This document shows, in pieces, positions 12,751 to 25,530 of a stretch of DNA of 64,000 nucleotides. The first letter of the stretch is position 1. Each line of letters opens with the position of its first letter. The stretch is taken from positions 103,170,001-103,234,000 of the forward strand of contig NC_045696.1 in NCBI RefSeq assembly GCF_009834535.1, read 5' to 3'. The stretch comes from Camelus ferus. Taxonomy: Eukaryota. The notes under the pieces are model-generated. The model was not told where the DNA came from. It saw only the letters and a program-made list of their open reading frames with translations, and searched no databases. Position numbers and translations under genes: made by a program.

Positions 12751-13859
12751 GTGCTTCTGGGGAGGGACAAATGTTGGGGATGGCTGGGCTGCTGTTTCGT
12801 TAGACTTGAGTCTATAGAGTGTCTATAAACAACAGAGTACATGTTTAACCTTGATAAAGATACAAACTAATAAAATAAGTCAAGATCGATAGAAGAAATG
12901 TTACAATTTTGAGAAATATTATTTGGAAACTAGTACCTTTTAAATTTGATAGTTGAGTCTTGGGGCTGGAACTTACCTGCCTTCTCCATTGAAGAGACTA
13001 ATAAAATGAGGCACAGGGGAGTTCAGTGCCTCGCCCAAGATCACACACCTATGTAGCAGCAGAACCAGGTCTGGGATCTCTGCATTTCTGTTCCAATAAT
13101 CTTCCCTTATGTATGATGACTTGTTCATTTTCTATTGGGTAACACCCCTGCATAGTGAGTACATAACCGTTCAGCGATCTGTGTTCTTTCTTACGAAACA
13201 TGAAGCTAGAAAAACCACAGCTGGATATTGGCTGGGAAGGGAAATTGAAACTGACATTGCAGGGTGGTTACTCTTTGGCAATAAAGAATCCTTTCTACCA
13301 AGTGAGAGGGTTTCATTAGTTCACACTGTAATTGGCCAGTAAAGCTTAGTAATTGATACTAAGAAGCTTGTCAGCCCTTGGCTCCCAACATTTGGCCCAG
13401 CTGTCAAAAGTCAGCACAGTCAGACAAAGAAGCTTTGTTGCCGCTCGTGGTGATCACTGAGATACTTAGACAAAGAGAAAGTTCTTAGCATTTGGGGTAC
13501 TTTGATTGTTAAACATCTGTCTGATTTCCTTTAAGACTCCAAACCATAAGGCTGGTTTTGATGATGTATAATTTATTGTTGTCCCCTATATCTTATTTTT
13601 AAAAGTTTCCAAACACACATAAGAGGTAAGAAAAAATACTTCAGTGAACACCCATACACACATCACTTAAATTCTACCATTAATATTCTACTGTTCATAA
13701 TTCATTATCTATACATCTATCCATCTCTCTTTCCAGTTACCAATCCCTCTTATTTTTGGATGCATTTTGAAATAAGTTGCAGCCTTTGGTATACTTTCCC
13801 CTGAAACACTTCAGCATGCAGATCACTAACTAGAATTCAATATTTTTATGGTTCCTTTT

Positions 13860-14815
13860 TGTTCCTTTTAAGGTAAAATTTACATACAGTGAAATGCACA
13901 AATCTTTTAAAAAATATTTGTTATTGTTGTTTTTTGGGGGTGGGGAGAGGTAATTAGATTTATTTATTTATTTTATTTTATTTTTTAATGGAGGCACTGG
14001 GGATTGGAACTAGGACCTCATGCATGCTAAGCATGTGCTTTATCACTGAGCTATACCCTCACCCCTGAATTACACAATCTTAAGTGAACCATGAGGTCCT
14101 GCAAATATACACACACGTGCAACCTAAGTCATCACCAAGACATGGAATAGAAACATCCTCCACAGAAAATTCCCTCACACTCTCTTCCGATAAATTCCTA
14201 CCTCTAACTGCTCAGACACAACCATTGTTCTGAAATTGTTTCACCAAAAATTAATTTTGCCATATCTATAGCTTCCTGTCAATGGTAAAATACAGTATGA
14301 ACTCTTTTTTTTAAATGAAGTATATTTGATTTACAATATTATGTTAATTTCAGGTGTACAACATAGAGATTGAATATACAGCAAGTACTCTTTCTGCAAG
14401 GTTTCTTTTACTCAATATAATGTTTTAGGATTTGTTCACATTGTTGTACATTTGTTTCTCTTTATCTCTGAATACTAGTCCATTGTATGAAGCACATAGC
14501 TTGTGATTTATTCTCCAACTGATGAACAGCTGAGCTGTTTCCAGTTTGGAGCTCTCATGAATGAAGCTGCTATGGACGTTCTTCCACAAGTCTTCTTGTG
14601 GACATTTGTTTTCATTTATCTTGGGTAAATACCCAGCAATGGAATTTGTGGGTCATAGGATATGCTTATGTTTAGTTACATAAGAAGCTGTCAGACTTAT
14701 TTCAAATTGGCCGTACCATCTCACACTATCAATGAGTGAGAATTCAGTTTATTCCACATGTCCACCAACATTTGTCTTATTCGTCTTTAATATTAGCCAT
14801 CCTGTTGGTATGTAG
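13860..14815 (-). mobile_element. Old L1 3' region (hosts a nested SINE)
   Basis: aaggtaaaatttacatacagtgaaatgcacaaatct... and ctgtttccagtttggagct...gaagctgctatg L1 motifs. Confidence 0.75.
13909..14065 (-). mobile_element. tRNA-derived camelid SINE (Vic-1-like)
   Basis: Minus strand ggggtgagggtatagctcagtgataaagcacatgcttagcatgcatgaggtcctag. Degenerate TSD tgaaatgcacaaatctt / tgaattacacaatctt. Confidence 0.88.
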
Positions 14816-14994
14816 AGCATTTTTTTTTGATAAATGCATTAACACCATTAAAGTTTTAGAAAAAAAATAGTGTACCTGCACTTAGAGAAGCTGATGAGAC
14901 TGTTTCCTTGCACCCACAGGAAACTGAGATCCTTTAAAACATGTACATACATTGTCTATTTTTCTTCTTAGACTCTGTCTTATTTTTTGTCTTG

Positions 14995-16300
14995 TCTTTT
15001 TTTTTAATTGTGGTAAAAGACACATAACAAAATTTATCATTTTGACAGTTCTAAAGCGTACAACACAGTGGTATTAAGTACATTTATGGTTTGTGCAACC
15101 ATCACTATATCTAGCTGCAGAACTTTTTCATCAGCTCAAATGGAAACCCCACTTGTCACTCCCCCTCCTCCTTCCTCCTATCCCCTGGCAGCCACAAATC
15201 TGATTTTCATCTCTGTCGATTTCCTATTCTGGATATGTCAATAAATGGGACAATACCATACATAGCTGTTTTATGATTATAAGATATTAGGTATAATTAT
15301 AGATTCTTTGGATGACAGGACACAACACAAAGGCACTCTAAGTAGATGCAAGGCAGAACTTTTTGTTACTTACAGCTCCAGATGAGAGAAGGCTTCCTTG
15401 CAGGGCCACACAGGGTAACAACATGCTAGAGCCGTAGGAGGCAGCTATGTATGACAAGCAGGGTGGAGTAGCAAGGTTTTGTGGGCTTCCTGGGAATTGG
15501 GTATTTTGAATAATCCTGTGGATCTAAGGAAGAAAAGACCACTCCTGTTAGGTATCTCGGGGCCTCTGGCAGTTGGGAATGTGCGTATGTAACCCAGGAG
15601 TGTCCGAGCCCCAGAGGGAAGTAGATGGGGTGGAGGCTTAGCAAGCTGTCCACAAAGGGGAAATGAGACTTTTCAAATTGGATCAAGACAGCACTTGTGA
15701 AACATACAGTACAGCAGCCTTTTGTGTCAAGCCTCTTTCACTTAGTACAGTGCTTTCAAGGTTCATCAATGTTGTAGCACATGTCACTACTTCATTTTTT
15801 GCTATGGCTGAGTGCTATTCCATTGTATGGATTTACCACATTTTGTATACTCATTCATCCATGTAATGGACGGTTGGATTGTTTCCACCTTTTGGCTGTT
15901 ATGAATAGAGCTGCTATAAACATTCATGTACAAGTTTTTATTTATCAGTTCTTTAGAGTATATTCCTAGCAGCGGAATTGCTGGGTGGTATGTAACTTAT
16001 TGAGGAATTGCCTGTCCGTTCTCCACAGCAGCTACGTGATTTTACATTTCCACCAGCAATGGACAAAGGCTCCAGTTTCTCTACATCCTCATCAACACTT
16101 GTTAGTTTCCATTTTTTTTTATTATGACTATCCTGGTGGGCATGGACTGGCATCTCACTGTGTGTTTGATTTGCATTTCCCTTATGACTGACAACAGTGA
16201 GCGCCTTTTCACATGCTTGTTGGCATCTGTATGTCTTCTTCTGAGAGATGTCTATTGAAGTCTTCTGCACATTCTCAAATTGGGTTGTTTGTTGTTTTGC
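14995..16300 (-). mobile_element. L1MB-type 3' region split by an LTR-like insertion
   Basis: L1 3' end ttaattgtggtaaaagacacataacaaaattt. ORF2 C-terminal remnant in ORF 15953..16465 (DEDVEKLEPLSIAGGNVK). Confidence 0.85.
15267..15704. mobile_element. Probable solo LTR (family not identified)
   Basis: 438-bp block interrupting L1, starting TGTTTTA and ending TGAAACA (TG...CA with a short imperfect inverted repeat). No clean TSD. Confidence 0.5.
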
Positions 16301-16904
16301 ATAGTCTAAACTCTGCAAAGCAACTTTCTTTTTCCAAATAATTTCCTCTAATTTTTTTCTAATTATAAAGTATTTAATGTATTTATAGTATAGTTGTAGA
16401 CATGAAAAGCTGAGGGTAGGAGTGGAAATTTTAATGTGTATATTTTTTCCCAAATCATACTTCATTTTTCCATTTTCCTTTCATTGTAATTAGATACATT
16501 TTTAGTTTCTACTGTTGCTTATTTGTATCAATCTTTGTTTTTCATCAGTCTTAGAAAATGACTGTGTATTATTTTTGCCTTTAAGAAAGAAAATAAGCTT
16601 TTGGTTTTATGAAGTAACTCTGCTTTTTGTTTTCTGTTCAATCCATTTGAACTTTCATATTTATTAATTCCTTCTGCTTATTGTCTTTGGTTTTCTATTG
16701 TTGCTCTTTATCTAATTGCTTGAGTTGAAATCTCAGGTTATTTATTTTCAGAGTTGATGTTTTCTAATTAATTAATCTTTAAATTATCTTCTGAATACCC
16801 ACACTCAATGTGTTTTGATACATTGTGTTCTTGTATTTATTCAAATAATGTGTAATTGCCATTGTGATTAACCTTTAATTTGATCATTATTTAAGGATGA
16901 TGCT

Positions 16905-18110
16905 TTTTTTTGTATATGTATATTTTTATTGAAGTACAGTCAGTTTACAATGTTGTATCAATTTCTGGTGTACAGCATAATGCTTCAGTTATACATGAGC
17001 AAACATATATTCATTTCATATTCTTTTTCACCATAAGTTACTACAAGATATTGAATATAGTTCCCTGTGCTATACAGTATGAACTTCTTGTTTATCTGTT
17101 TTATATATATTAGTCAATATCGGCAAATCTTGAACTCCTGATTTATCCCTTCCCATCCCCTTCCCCCACTGATAACCGTAAGTTTGTTTTCTATGTCTGT
17201 AAGTCTGTTTCCATTTTGTAAAGTTTGTTTGTCATTTTTTTTAGATTCCACATATAAGTGATATCATATGGTATTTTTCTTTCTATTTCTTGCTTACTTC
17301 ACTTAGAATGACAATCTCCAAGTCCATCCATGTTGCTGCAAATGGAACTATTTTATTCTTTTTTATGGCTGGGTAGTATTCCATTGTATACATATACCAC
17401 AACTTCTTTATCCAGTCATCTGTTGAAGGACATTAAGTTGGTTCCATGTCTTGGCTATTGTATATAGTGCTATGAACTTTGGGATGAATGTATCTTTTCA
17501 AATTAGAGTTCCCTCTGGATATATGCCTAGGAGTGGGATTGCTGGATCATATGATAGGTCTACTTTCAGTTTTTTGAGGACTCTCCATACTGTTTTCCAT
17601 AATGGCTGCACCAAACTGCATTCCCATCAGCAGTGTTTTCTCCACACCCTCTCCAGTATTTATCATTTGTGGACTTTTTAATGAAGGCCATTCTGACTGG
17701 TGTCAGGTGATACCTCATTGTAGTTTTGATTCGCATTTCTCTGGTAATTATTGATACTGAGAATTGTTTCATGTGCCTATTGGCCATTTGTATGTCTTTG
17801 CTGGAGAATTGCTTACTTAGGACTTCTGCCCATTTTTGGATTGGGTTGTTTGTCTTTTTTGTTGTTGTTGTTATTGAATTGTATGAACTGTTTATATATT
17901 CTGGAAATTAAGCTTTTGTCAGTCACATCATTTGCAAATTTTTTCTCTCATTTGTAGCTTGTCATTTTGTTTTGCTTATGGTTTCCTTTGCTGTGCAAAA
18001 GTTTATAAGTTTAATTAGGCCCTATTTGTTTATTTTTGCTTTTATTTCTATTGCCTGGGTAGACTGCCCTAGGAGAATGTGCTAAGATTTGTCAGAGAAT
18101 GTTATGCCTA
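16905..18110 (-). mobile_element. 5'-truncated lineage-type L1 (ORF2 3' part plus 3' UTR)
   Basis: ORF 17566..17787 MANRHMK...[13 protein letters not shown] is L1 ORF2. The 3' UTR is similar to the copy at 8542-9368. Confidence 0.92.
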
Positions 18111-18999
18111 CAACATGTGATATTTTTAAAAACATGGTTAAACAAAATTTATGCATTGTTTACATAAAAGGATCAAATTTTCAGATGACACTATTCTAGT
18201 TTTCAGAAAGAAGTGAATATCCTGACCAGGAAGCATTAAATTAAACTGAAACTCAAGCCTTAAAATCCTCTTTAGAACAGGTAGCAGAAACACTGTTCTT
18301 GTAACTGGAGATGTTTGATACAAGGGAGAAATGATGAGTCTCCTAAATTAACCCTCGTTAACCCTCCAAAGTAATATTTTAAATGTGGGAAAAAGTTCAT
18401 CGAACTATAGTAAGAAAAGTAAATTTTACTACTATTAAAATTAATCAAAAAGAGGCCTTGGCCGCTATAATTTGAGGCAGTGTTTTTTGCCTACATCAGG
18501 CAAACTATATCATAGCCAGGAAACTCATAGCCAATATGACCAATCAAGGGATTTAACTTTTCACATATTAGCAAATTGCAAACACGTAAGAGTCAGGAAA
18601 CACACAAAAACTCTTCATCAACACCAACTGAATTCAACCCAGTAAGCAACCAGTTTCTCAAAGTGGAAAAAGAGGCAAAGCAGTAAGGCATCTTTCAAGT
18701 GCTAAATGAGTGGACAGGAAAACATATAAACAAGGACAAAATTTATTTAGTCTAGAAAAATGTGTTGCAATTAAGCTTTACACCAAAATCTCTGTAAAAA
18801 AAAAAAAAAAGAGGTTCCTTGGTCTTAAGGAAAATTTATCTGGAGAACTGCCTTAGAGATGAGAAATCGGGCAAGACTAAAAGGGCTCCTCTTGTCCTGA
18901 AGATTATGATCTCAGAGTGCACACTTGTTTCATTTAACTTTCTGGTAGTCGGTCTGGGAGAGGAAGTTCATAGTGACATGTTTAGGTGGGTTGATGAAC

Positions 19000-20015
19000 C
19001 TAATTTGTTGTTAGAAAAATGTCAGTCCATTAATCAATAAATGTAGAAAGAATGATAGAATGAAAAAAATTACCCTTTGGCAACATCTTACTTGATTAAG
19101 GCAAGAATCATCCATAGATGCTAAAAGTATTGGATGAAAACTTGAAAAGTGATAGGATATTTTCATAGTCTCAGAGTATCTCCCTATAAGACATCTATTA
19201 ATTACATAAGAAATTGTATCTCTACAATGCAGAAACCTGGCTGACACCACCTTAATCAGGTGGCCAACACACATCACGTTGAACTAATAGATTCTACATT
19301 CCTCTCAAGATTATGTGTTGAGAAGCAGGGCTAGGACTCAGGGGAGGCAAACAAGGCATCTCAGGCTGATCCTGAACTTGCATGAAGCTGAGAATGAATC
19401 TCTCCTTAAACTAAGGGGATCACCATTGCCTTACCTGAGTCCCAGCACTGCTGAGAAGAGCACGTTGCTTCTGTGCTATTCTGGCCAAAAGTGCATAACC
19501 TGAATCTAATCTTGAGGAGACATCAGAGCAACACAAAGTGAAGGATATTCTACAAAATGATTGGTCTATACTTTTCAAAAATGTCAAGGTCACTAAAGAC
19601 AAAGGCTAAAGCAATGGTTCCCAGTGAAACGAGACTTTAAAAAACATGACACTGAATGCAACACATGATCCGGGATTTTCTTTTTCTATAAGGGACACTG
19701 TTGTGACAATTGGTGAAATCCGAAAAAGAACACTAGATTAGCTAATAGTATTGTGTGTGATGATTATGTAAGAAAATATATTTGTTTTTAGGAAGTTCTG
19801 ACTCAAGTAGCTCGGAGCAAATAGGCATCATGCCTACCACTTACTTTCAAATGGTTCAGAGAAAAATATGGGTAAATAGATTAAATAGAAAAAGATGAAT
19901 AAATGTGGTAAAATGTTAATGTTTGGGAAATCTGGGTGGATGGTGTATGGGAATTCTTTGTGATATCTTGTAACTTTTCTGTAAGTCTGAAATTGTGTCA
20001 AAGTAATTTTTAAAA
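19000..20015 (+). mobile_element. L1MC-type 3' UTR remnant
   Basis: gagaaacctggctgacaccacctta...tgggaattctttgtgatatcttgtaacttttctgtaagtctgaaatt. Confidence 0.75.
19326..19450. mobile_element. MER96-like hAT MITE
   Basis: TIRs cagggctaggactcaggggaggcaa / ttgccttacctgagtcccagcactg. 8-bp TSD ttgagaag / ctgagaag (7/8 match). Confidence 0.8.
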
Positions 20016-21554
20016 TCAAATATCTAATAGGACTTCTCAAAGGAGAAAACGGAGGATGGGAGGGGGAGGATGTACAAAGCAGTCTGTCACTAAAGAAGGA
20101 AAAGAAAACAAAGGGAAAAAGCAACCTAAACTTTAAACAATTTTCCTCAAAAGACATTTTATTTATATCCACGAATTAAAAAGTGTTTTCAGGCATTCTC
20201 TAAATGTGGTTCAAATCTTAACTCACAGAACCCATTCATTTGAGATTTTATAACGTCCCTCGTTGAATAAAAGGCTTCTGACCACAAGCGAAACAGGAAG
20301 ACTGGGATGAGAAGGGGAGGGAGAATGCTCCTCTTAACAATGGCCTCTCTTTGGACCTTCCCAGCCTCTGAGTGTTCATAAAAGTGAAAGGTGTGTTCAG
20401 AAATCTGTGCATCAGAAGGCTCCTTCCCTCCCATGTCGTACACAGACAAGTGAGTGAAAGAAACGATTTCCTGTCATTTAATACGCAGGAGGGGAGAATT
20501 GAAGACATGGAGGAACGAGCTGACTCATGTTCCTGACACAGGACGCCTGGGAAGGGCGTGGAGATGAGCAGGTACCTGGGCAGGTGCGGCAGGTGTGTCT
20601 CTGGTTTCTCTTAGATAAGATGGTAATCCTTTCAGAGACTCCCAGCAGCTCAGCCAGGAAGAGGCCCATTTCTGCCAGGGCCCCATCAAGGTCTAGACAG
20701 GCCCCGCACCTATTCAGCTCCCTCTGCTGAGGCTGGGACGGGCCTTCCCAGACAGACTGGGTGGCAGGAGACGTTCTTGTTGTTTACTTCTGGAAACAGC
20801 TGATGTTTCAGGTGCTCTGAAGAACCACTGTTCAGGGGGAAGAATCCTGCTTTCATCACGTACTAGCTGTGGAGCTTTGAGGGCGATGTTGTTCCCCAAG
20901 GGACCAGCACAGGGACCCTCCCTGGGTTTCGGAGAGAACTAATATAGGATTGTACGTAGAAGCACTATCACAGTGACACAGCTGTTACTCACACAACTTC
21001 TTTCTTTCTGACAGACAAAACGTTCACATTTCCCTTTACACTTTGCTAGGAAGCATGGAACTAAGCTTTCGCTTATTTATTTGTGTTAAAGATTAACTTC
21101 CTCTAGTCTGAGTTTTCTGGTACAGATATTCTACCTTTCCATCTCCAGTTCTTCCCTTGATTTTGGTCTGATCCAAAGTCCTCTTTTATTTTCAGATCTT
21201 GATGGACATCAGGCTCGAGAACTCGAATTTCCTGGTTCTCCTTCCTTCCGTTTTGACTGCTTTCAAGAGTGAACGGGCTTAACAGCCAGGAAGGCAGGGA
21301 CCTCAGCAGAACAATGGTGAGGAATGGGCAGGGGCTGGAGCTTAAGCTGGCCCTGAGGAAGGGAGCCAGGGCTTAGACCCACGATGTAGGAGCTGTGTAG
21401 GGAGGACAGATGCCATCCCAGCTGATGTCAGTGCTCAGGGGGTTCCAAATGGTGAGTTGGGGGTTGTGGTACTCAGAGCGCATGCAGGCAGCATTCCCAC
21501 CACCATATGGGGGCCCAGAAGAGGAAGTCCAGGCTTCGAGGACTATACAAAGGT

Positions 21555-21760
21555 GGGGAGGACTATGGTTTTGTGGGAATTGAAATGTGTACAATTTGGA
21601 GGACCCACTTTAAGAAAGCAATACAAAAATAGTTCACTTTTGCAAACGCCATAAAGCACAGGCCCCTGAAGCGGTTCACTAGGGCTCTGCTCAGGGTCTT
21701 GGCAGGGGCCCGTGCAAGTGAGGGACATGCAGCCATGCCACAGTTACTTCCACCTCTGTC
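21555..21760. mobile_element. hAT-Tip100-type non-autonomous element (MER115-like)
   Basis: ggttttgtgggaattgaaatgtgtacaatttggaggacccactttaagaaagcaatacaaaaat resembles the recalled consensus. Confidence 0.5.
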
Positions 21761-23288
21761 TCACAGCGGTGTTCAGGCCAGGGCTGCAGACACAATCAGA
21801 AGGGGAGGTACAGAGCAGGAAACCCAGGCAGGAGCCCAACCCAAATCAGGCTGGGCTCATGAAATGAGGGGGAAGAGAAAGGAGGTAGTCTGACACTCGG
21901 GTGGGATCTGGGGCTCAGTCCTGGTGTTCCAGATGCCAGGCTCAAGGCCGGCAGCACAACTCCAGGCCTCCCTTACACACTGGAAGGCCTGCATCAATGG
22001 TCAGATGCCAGTGCGCCAGATTGGCACAGACGTCAGGAAGGGCTCACTGCTGGCTGTCTCATGGCCACATCAGGCAGAAGGTAAGGTCTGGCAGAGACTT
22101 GCACATATTAATTAGTTTGTTCATATAGCCGTTTATCAGTTACTTTGGAGGAAAAACGAAGACAAAGGCCCTGTTTCTGTCCTTAGGGAGCTCACTGTCT
22201 AAAAGTGGTGGCTGACACCCAAACATGCTGTAGCCAGTGTCCAAAGGAAATCACCTGTGGACCCCAAGAGCCTCTGCGTAGTGAAGAGGACTGTTTTGGT
22301 TTTAGCATGGAAAGTCCTATGTTTCAAGAAATTCCCCAGCCCTGGGGAAACAGGGACAGCTGGTCACCCTAGGAGGGAGGGACAGTGACTGGTTTCCTTG
22401 GAGGTGGAAGGGCCTCAAGGTCCCTGGGCTCAGTCTTGAAACACCAATCATCTCCCTTGAGGGTGTCATAGGGAATGGTGGCCTCACGAACTTTCTGATC
22501 CAGCCCTGAGTAATCGCATCCAAGTTTCTTGAGAGTGTGGGAGGCGGGTCCAAGTTGTAATTTGGGGCCTGCTATCAGAAGAGAAAGTGTAAGGAGCGGC
22601 AGTGGTGGGGGGAATCAGCCTGGGAGAGAGCATCCAGGGCCACATCTGAGGCCAAGCCCAGAATCTGAGGAGAAGCTTCAGCGAGCCAGAGGCAGACCGA
22701 GGCCATCAGGTGATGGAGCTCAGAGCAGCAGAGGCGTCTGACTCAAGAGCGATGAATTGCCCCCTAGCCAAGGGACCTTCAGAGTTTCTGAGTAACAGCG
22801 ACTCGCTCCTTTCCCTGAGGGCAGAGCTGGATGAGAGGTACTAGTGAAGAATAAGGAACATGGAAGAAACCCAGTAACCCTTTGTTCCCCCAGGCCTCTC
22901 CTAGGTCACTGTCTGTCCAGGTTAAGGAAATCACTCTGGATTTTTAATCTGAGATCTTCATGTTTGGTTTATACCACACCTGAAACTACATGCCACATTT
23001 TGTGTATGTAAACATCTTCTCAGGAAGATAGCATTCACCAGGGTCTCAAAGTTGTTCAAGACCAGAAACAAATTAGGAAACGCTAGACTAAGTTGTTGCT
23101 AAGCTCCCTGTTTTCAGGTTCTATGATTCTTTGATACTACTTAAGATAATTGATTCAAATTTATAACAAGGATCACAAAGGAAGTAAGTGCAGGTGTCCA
23201 AGAAGCCCAAGAATGATCACTTTGAGAAATATGCTAAATAGTAACATCAGGGAATACAAAACAGCTTTCTCTGTTGTGAAAGGGGACC

Positions 23289-23740
23289 TGTGACGGTTAA
23301 TTTTATGTGTCAACTTGGCTGGGTTACTGTGTGGGTGCCCAGTTGTTTAGATGTTGTTGTGAGATAGTTTTTAGATGTGATTAATATTTAAATCAATAGA
23401 CCATGAATAAAACAAACTATCCATGCTGTTGGCAGACCTCATCCAATCAGTTGAAGGTCTTAAGAGCAAAGACTGAGCTGTCCCAAAGAAGAAAAAATTC
23501 TCCTTAAGACAGTAACATAGGAACTGGCCTAAGTTTCCAGGCTACTGCCCTGCAGAATTTAGACTCAAGACTGTAACATCAACTCTTATTTGAATGTATA
23601 GATGTCCAGTCTGCCCTACAGGTTTCTGGGACTTGCCAGCCCTCACAAGCATGTGAGCCAATTCCTTAAAATAAATCTCAATTTCTTTCTCAATCTCTCT
23701 GTTACTGGTTCCCTTTCTCTAGAGAACTCCGGCCAGTACA
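23289..23740 (+). mobile_element. MLT2 (ERVL) solo LTR
   Basis: Starts tgtgacggttaattttatgtgtcaacttggct, contains ctcatccaatcagttgaagg and aataaa, and ends ...agagaactccggccagtaca. Confidence 0.9.
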
Positions 23741-24739
23741 TCACCCATTAGTGATTTATTTCAAATTACAATACTGGGTAACATAGTACATATAACTCAC
23801 CAAAATGGTCACCACTGGTGAAGGCAGTCCTGGGGCCATTTGGAACAAATGAATACTATTGGACAGGGACAGGGTACAAAGACAAAAACAAAAACAAAAA
23901 TGCCTCCAAAACCATACTCTTCCAGGTGCCTGTTCCAAGCTTCTAGTAACCCAATTTGGTCAAATTGGCTGAAAGCAAGTTGGTTATCGTGACCGTTTGG
24001 TCAAGAGAACAATTTGGTTTAACATGAATAATCGTTGCTTTTTAATTGATACACCACTCCGCACTGTTAAACTTCTCCACAAAAAGCACATAACCATATT
24101 ATTGTTATAATTTTACAAGAGTAAGATAATGAATATTTTCAGGCGCTGGTTTTTTGGAGTGCTGGCGGTGGGGGAGCTGGCTGGGGCAGGCCTGAACACC
24201 TCTGCACTCCCCACAGATAAGGACCTGGAGCTGGACCACCCCGTGGAAATTCCCCTGGCCTCCAGGCTGGTGACCAGAGCTGCAGGAAACTAGAAATTTC
24301 CACGGGCTTCCTTCCAGGTGGTGGAAGAGCCCATGCTCGTTAGGCAGGAGTGAAAGGTAAATGACCCTGAGGGGTTTTCAGATTCCTGAAAAAGCAATCT
24401 TTGGAGTGGAGGTTGACGATAAAAACAGCCACCTTGAGCTTTGTCCCTTTTCTCTACCAGAGGGCTGGGGAAGGTCTTACTCGTTGTGTTATTTCATTTA
24501 TCAAGTATTTATTGATGTGCATTATATATGCAAATCTTACCAGGTTTTGGGGGGAGAGAATCTTGGGGGGAAACCCTCAGTTTATTAATAAATTCCTTCG
24601 GCCGAACTTTTAATTTCTTTTCGGTCACTTTATTTTTAAGAGATTCGTAAAATGTAATGAGAGTTAAAAGAAACGAAGACACTGCCTCAGGGAGCTTGGA
24701 GTTAGAAGCGTAATCAAACATTAGGAGCCACGAAAACAC

Positions 24740-25530
24740 TGAAAGCGGCGGCCGCTTGGAAAGTGGGGCAGCCTGGGTGGGCTGGGGCTGCAGGGAGCCT
24801 GCAGCCTCAGCTCACCTTCCCGCGCTCCAAGCGGCCGCCCGCCCCGCGCGCGCTCCTACAAGAGGTTCCTGCGCACCCCTGACGTCATGGCGTCGGGGCG
24901 GGGCCCGCCGCAGGGGCGGGGCCGCTCCCGGATCTCGCGGAGGGGCGGGCCGGGGGCGGTGGCCCCGCCGGGCGCTCTCGGCCCCTGAGTTCGGGCGTTT
25001 AAAGTGCGTCCGCTCGGCTTGGCGGCTGCGGCAGAGAGGCGTGCGGGTCGGAATGTCGGGTTTACCCACCGTCCCGGAGCAGGGGCGCCCGGAGCAGAGC
25101 GCGCCAGATTCGCGGCGCGCACGCTTTGTGCTGGGGCTGGACGTGGGCAGCTCGGTGATTCGCTGCCACGTCTATGACCGCGCGGCGCGGATCTGCGGCT
25201 CCAGCGTGCAGAAGGTGACTGGGGAGCGGGCGTCGGGGCCACGCGTAAGGGTCGCGCAGGGCACCCGGTCCGGGTCGCGGAGCGCAAGAGGGCGATACCG
25301 CCTTATCCGGCCTGGACGCAGCCACCTGCGGCACCGCGGGCCCTCAGTCCTGAGCGGCGCTCCGTGACCGAACAGGTCTTCGCACTACTTCCCCGAGCAG
25401 GGCTGTAACCTGCGCGCCCTTCCTGTCCCGGCTGCGGACAATAGGGGTCCGGTTTGTGACCTGGGGCCAGTCACTCGCTTCCACTCACCTGGGGATCTGC
25501 CTTTCTGGCCTTACCTGGGTGGGACTGCGG
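24740..25530 (+). promoter_or_regulatory. GK5: CpG island / GK5 promoter
   Basis: Very GC- and CpG-rich. Palindromic CRE TGACGTCA at 24880-24887 overlaps a YY1-like ATGGCG. GC boxes GGGGCGGGGC at 24895-24904 and 24913-24922, GGGGCGGGC at 24942-24950. The island spans exon 1. Confidence 0.9.
25053..25214 (+). CDS. GK5: Glycerol kinase 5, coding exon 1 (162 nt)
   Basis: MSGLPTVPEQ...FVLGLDVGSSVIRCHVYDRAARICGSSVQK, containing the FGGY phosphate-1 motif. Donor AAG|gtgact. Confidence 0.96.

Noticed and set aside
15953..16465. 170-aa ORF and other ORFs such as 8919, 17566, 35891 and 37401
   Set aside because: These are fragments of disrupted L1 ORF2, not host genes.
23950..24020. Short spaced repeats (caatttggtcaa, gtttggtcaa, caatttggttt) suggesting an array
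   Set aside because: Only three degenerate, irregular copies in mammalian DNA. This is not a CRISPR-like array and is probably an old transposon terminus I cannot name.
24887..24988. Upstream ATG in good context opening a short out-of-frame ORF
   Set aside because: It lies in the CRE/GC-box region, probably upstream of the TSS, so there is no support for a uORF.
24756..25367. 203-aa ORF, plus overlapping minus-strand ORFs in the CpG island
   Set aside because: Only 25053-25214 is GK5 coding. The rest is stop-poor GC-rich promoter and intron sequence with a non-ATG start and an R/G/A/P-biased translation.
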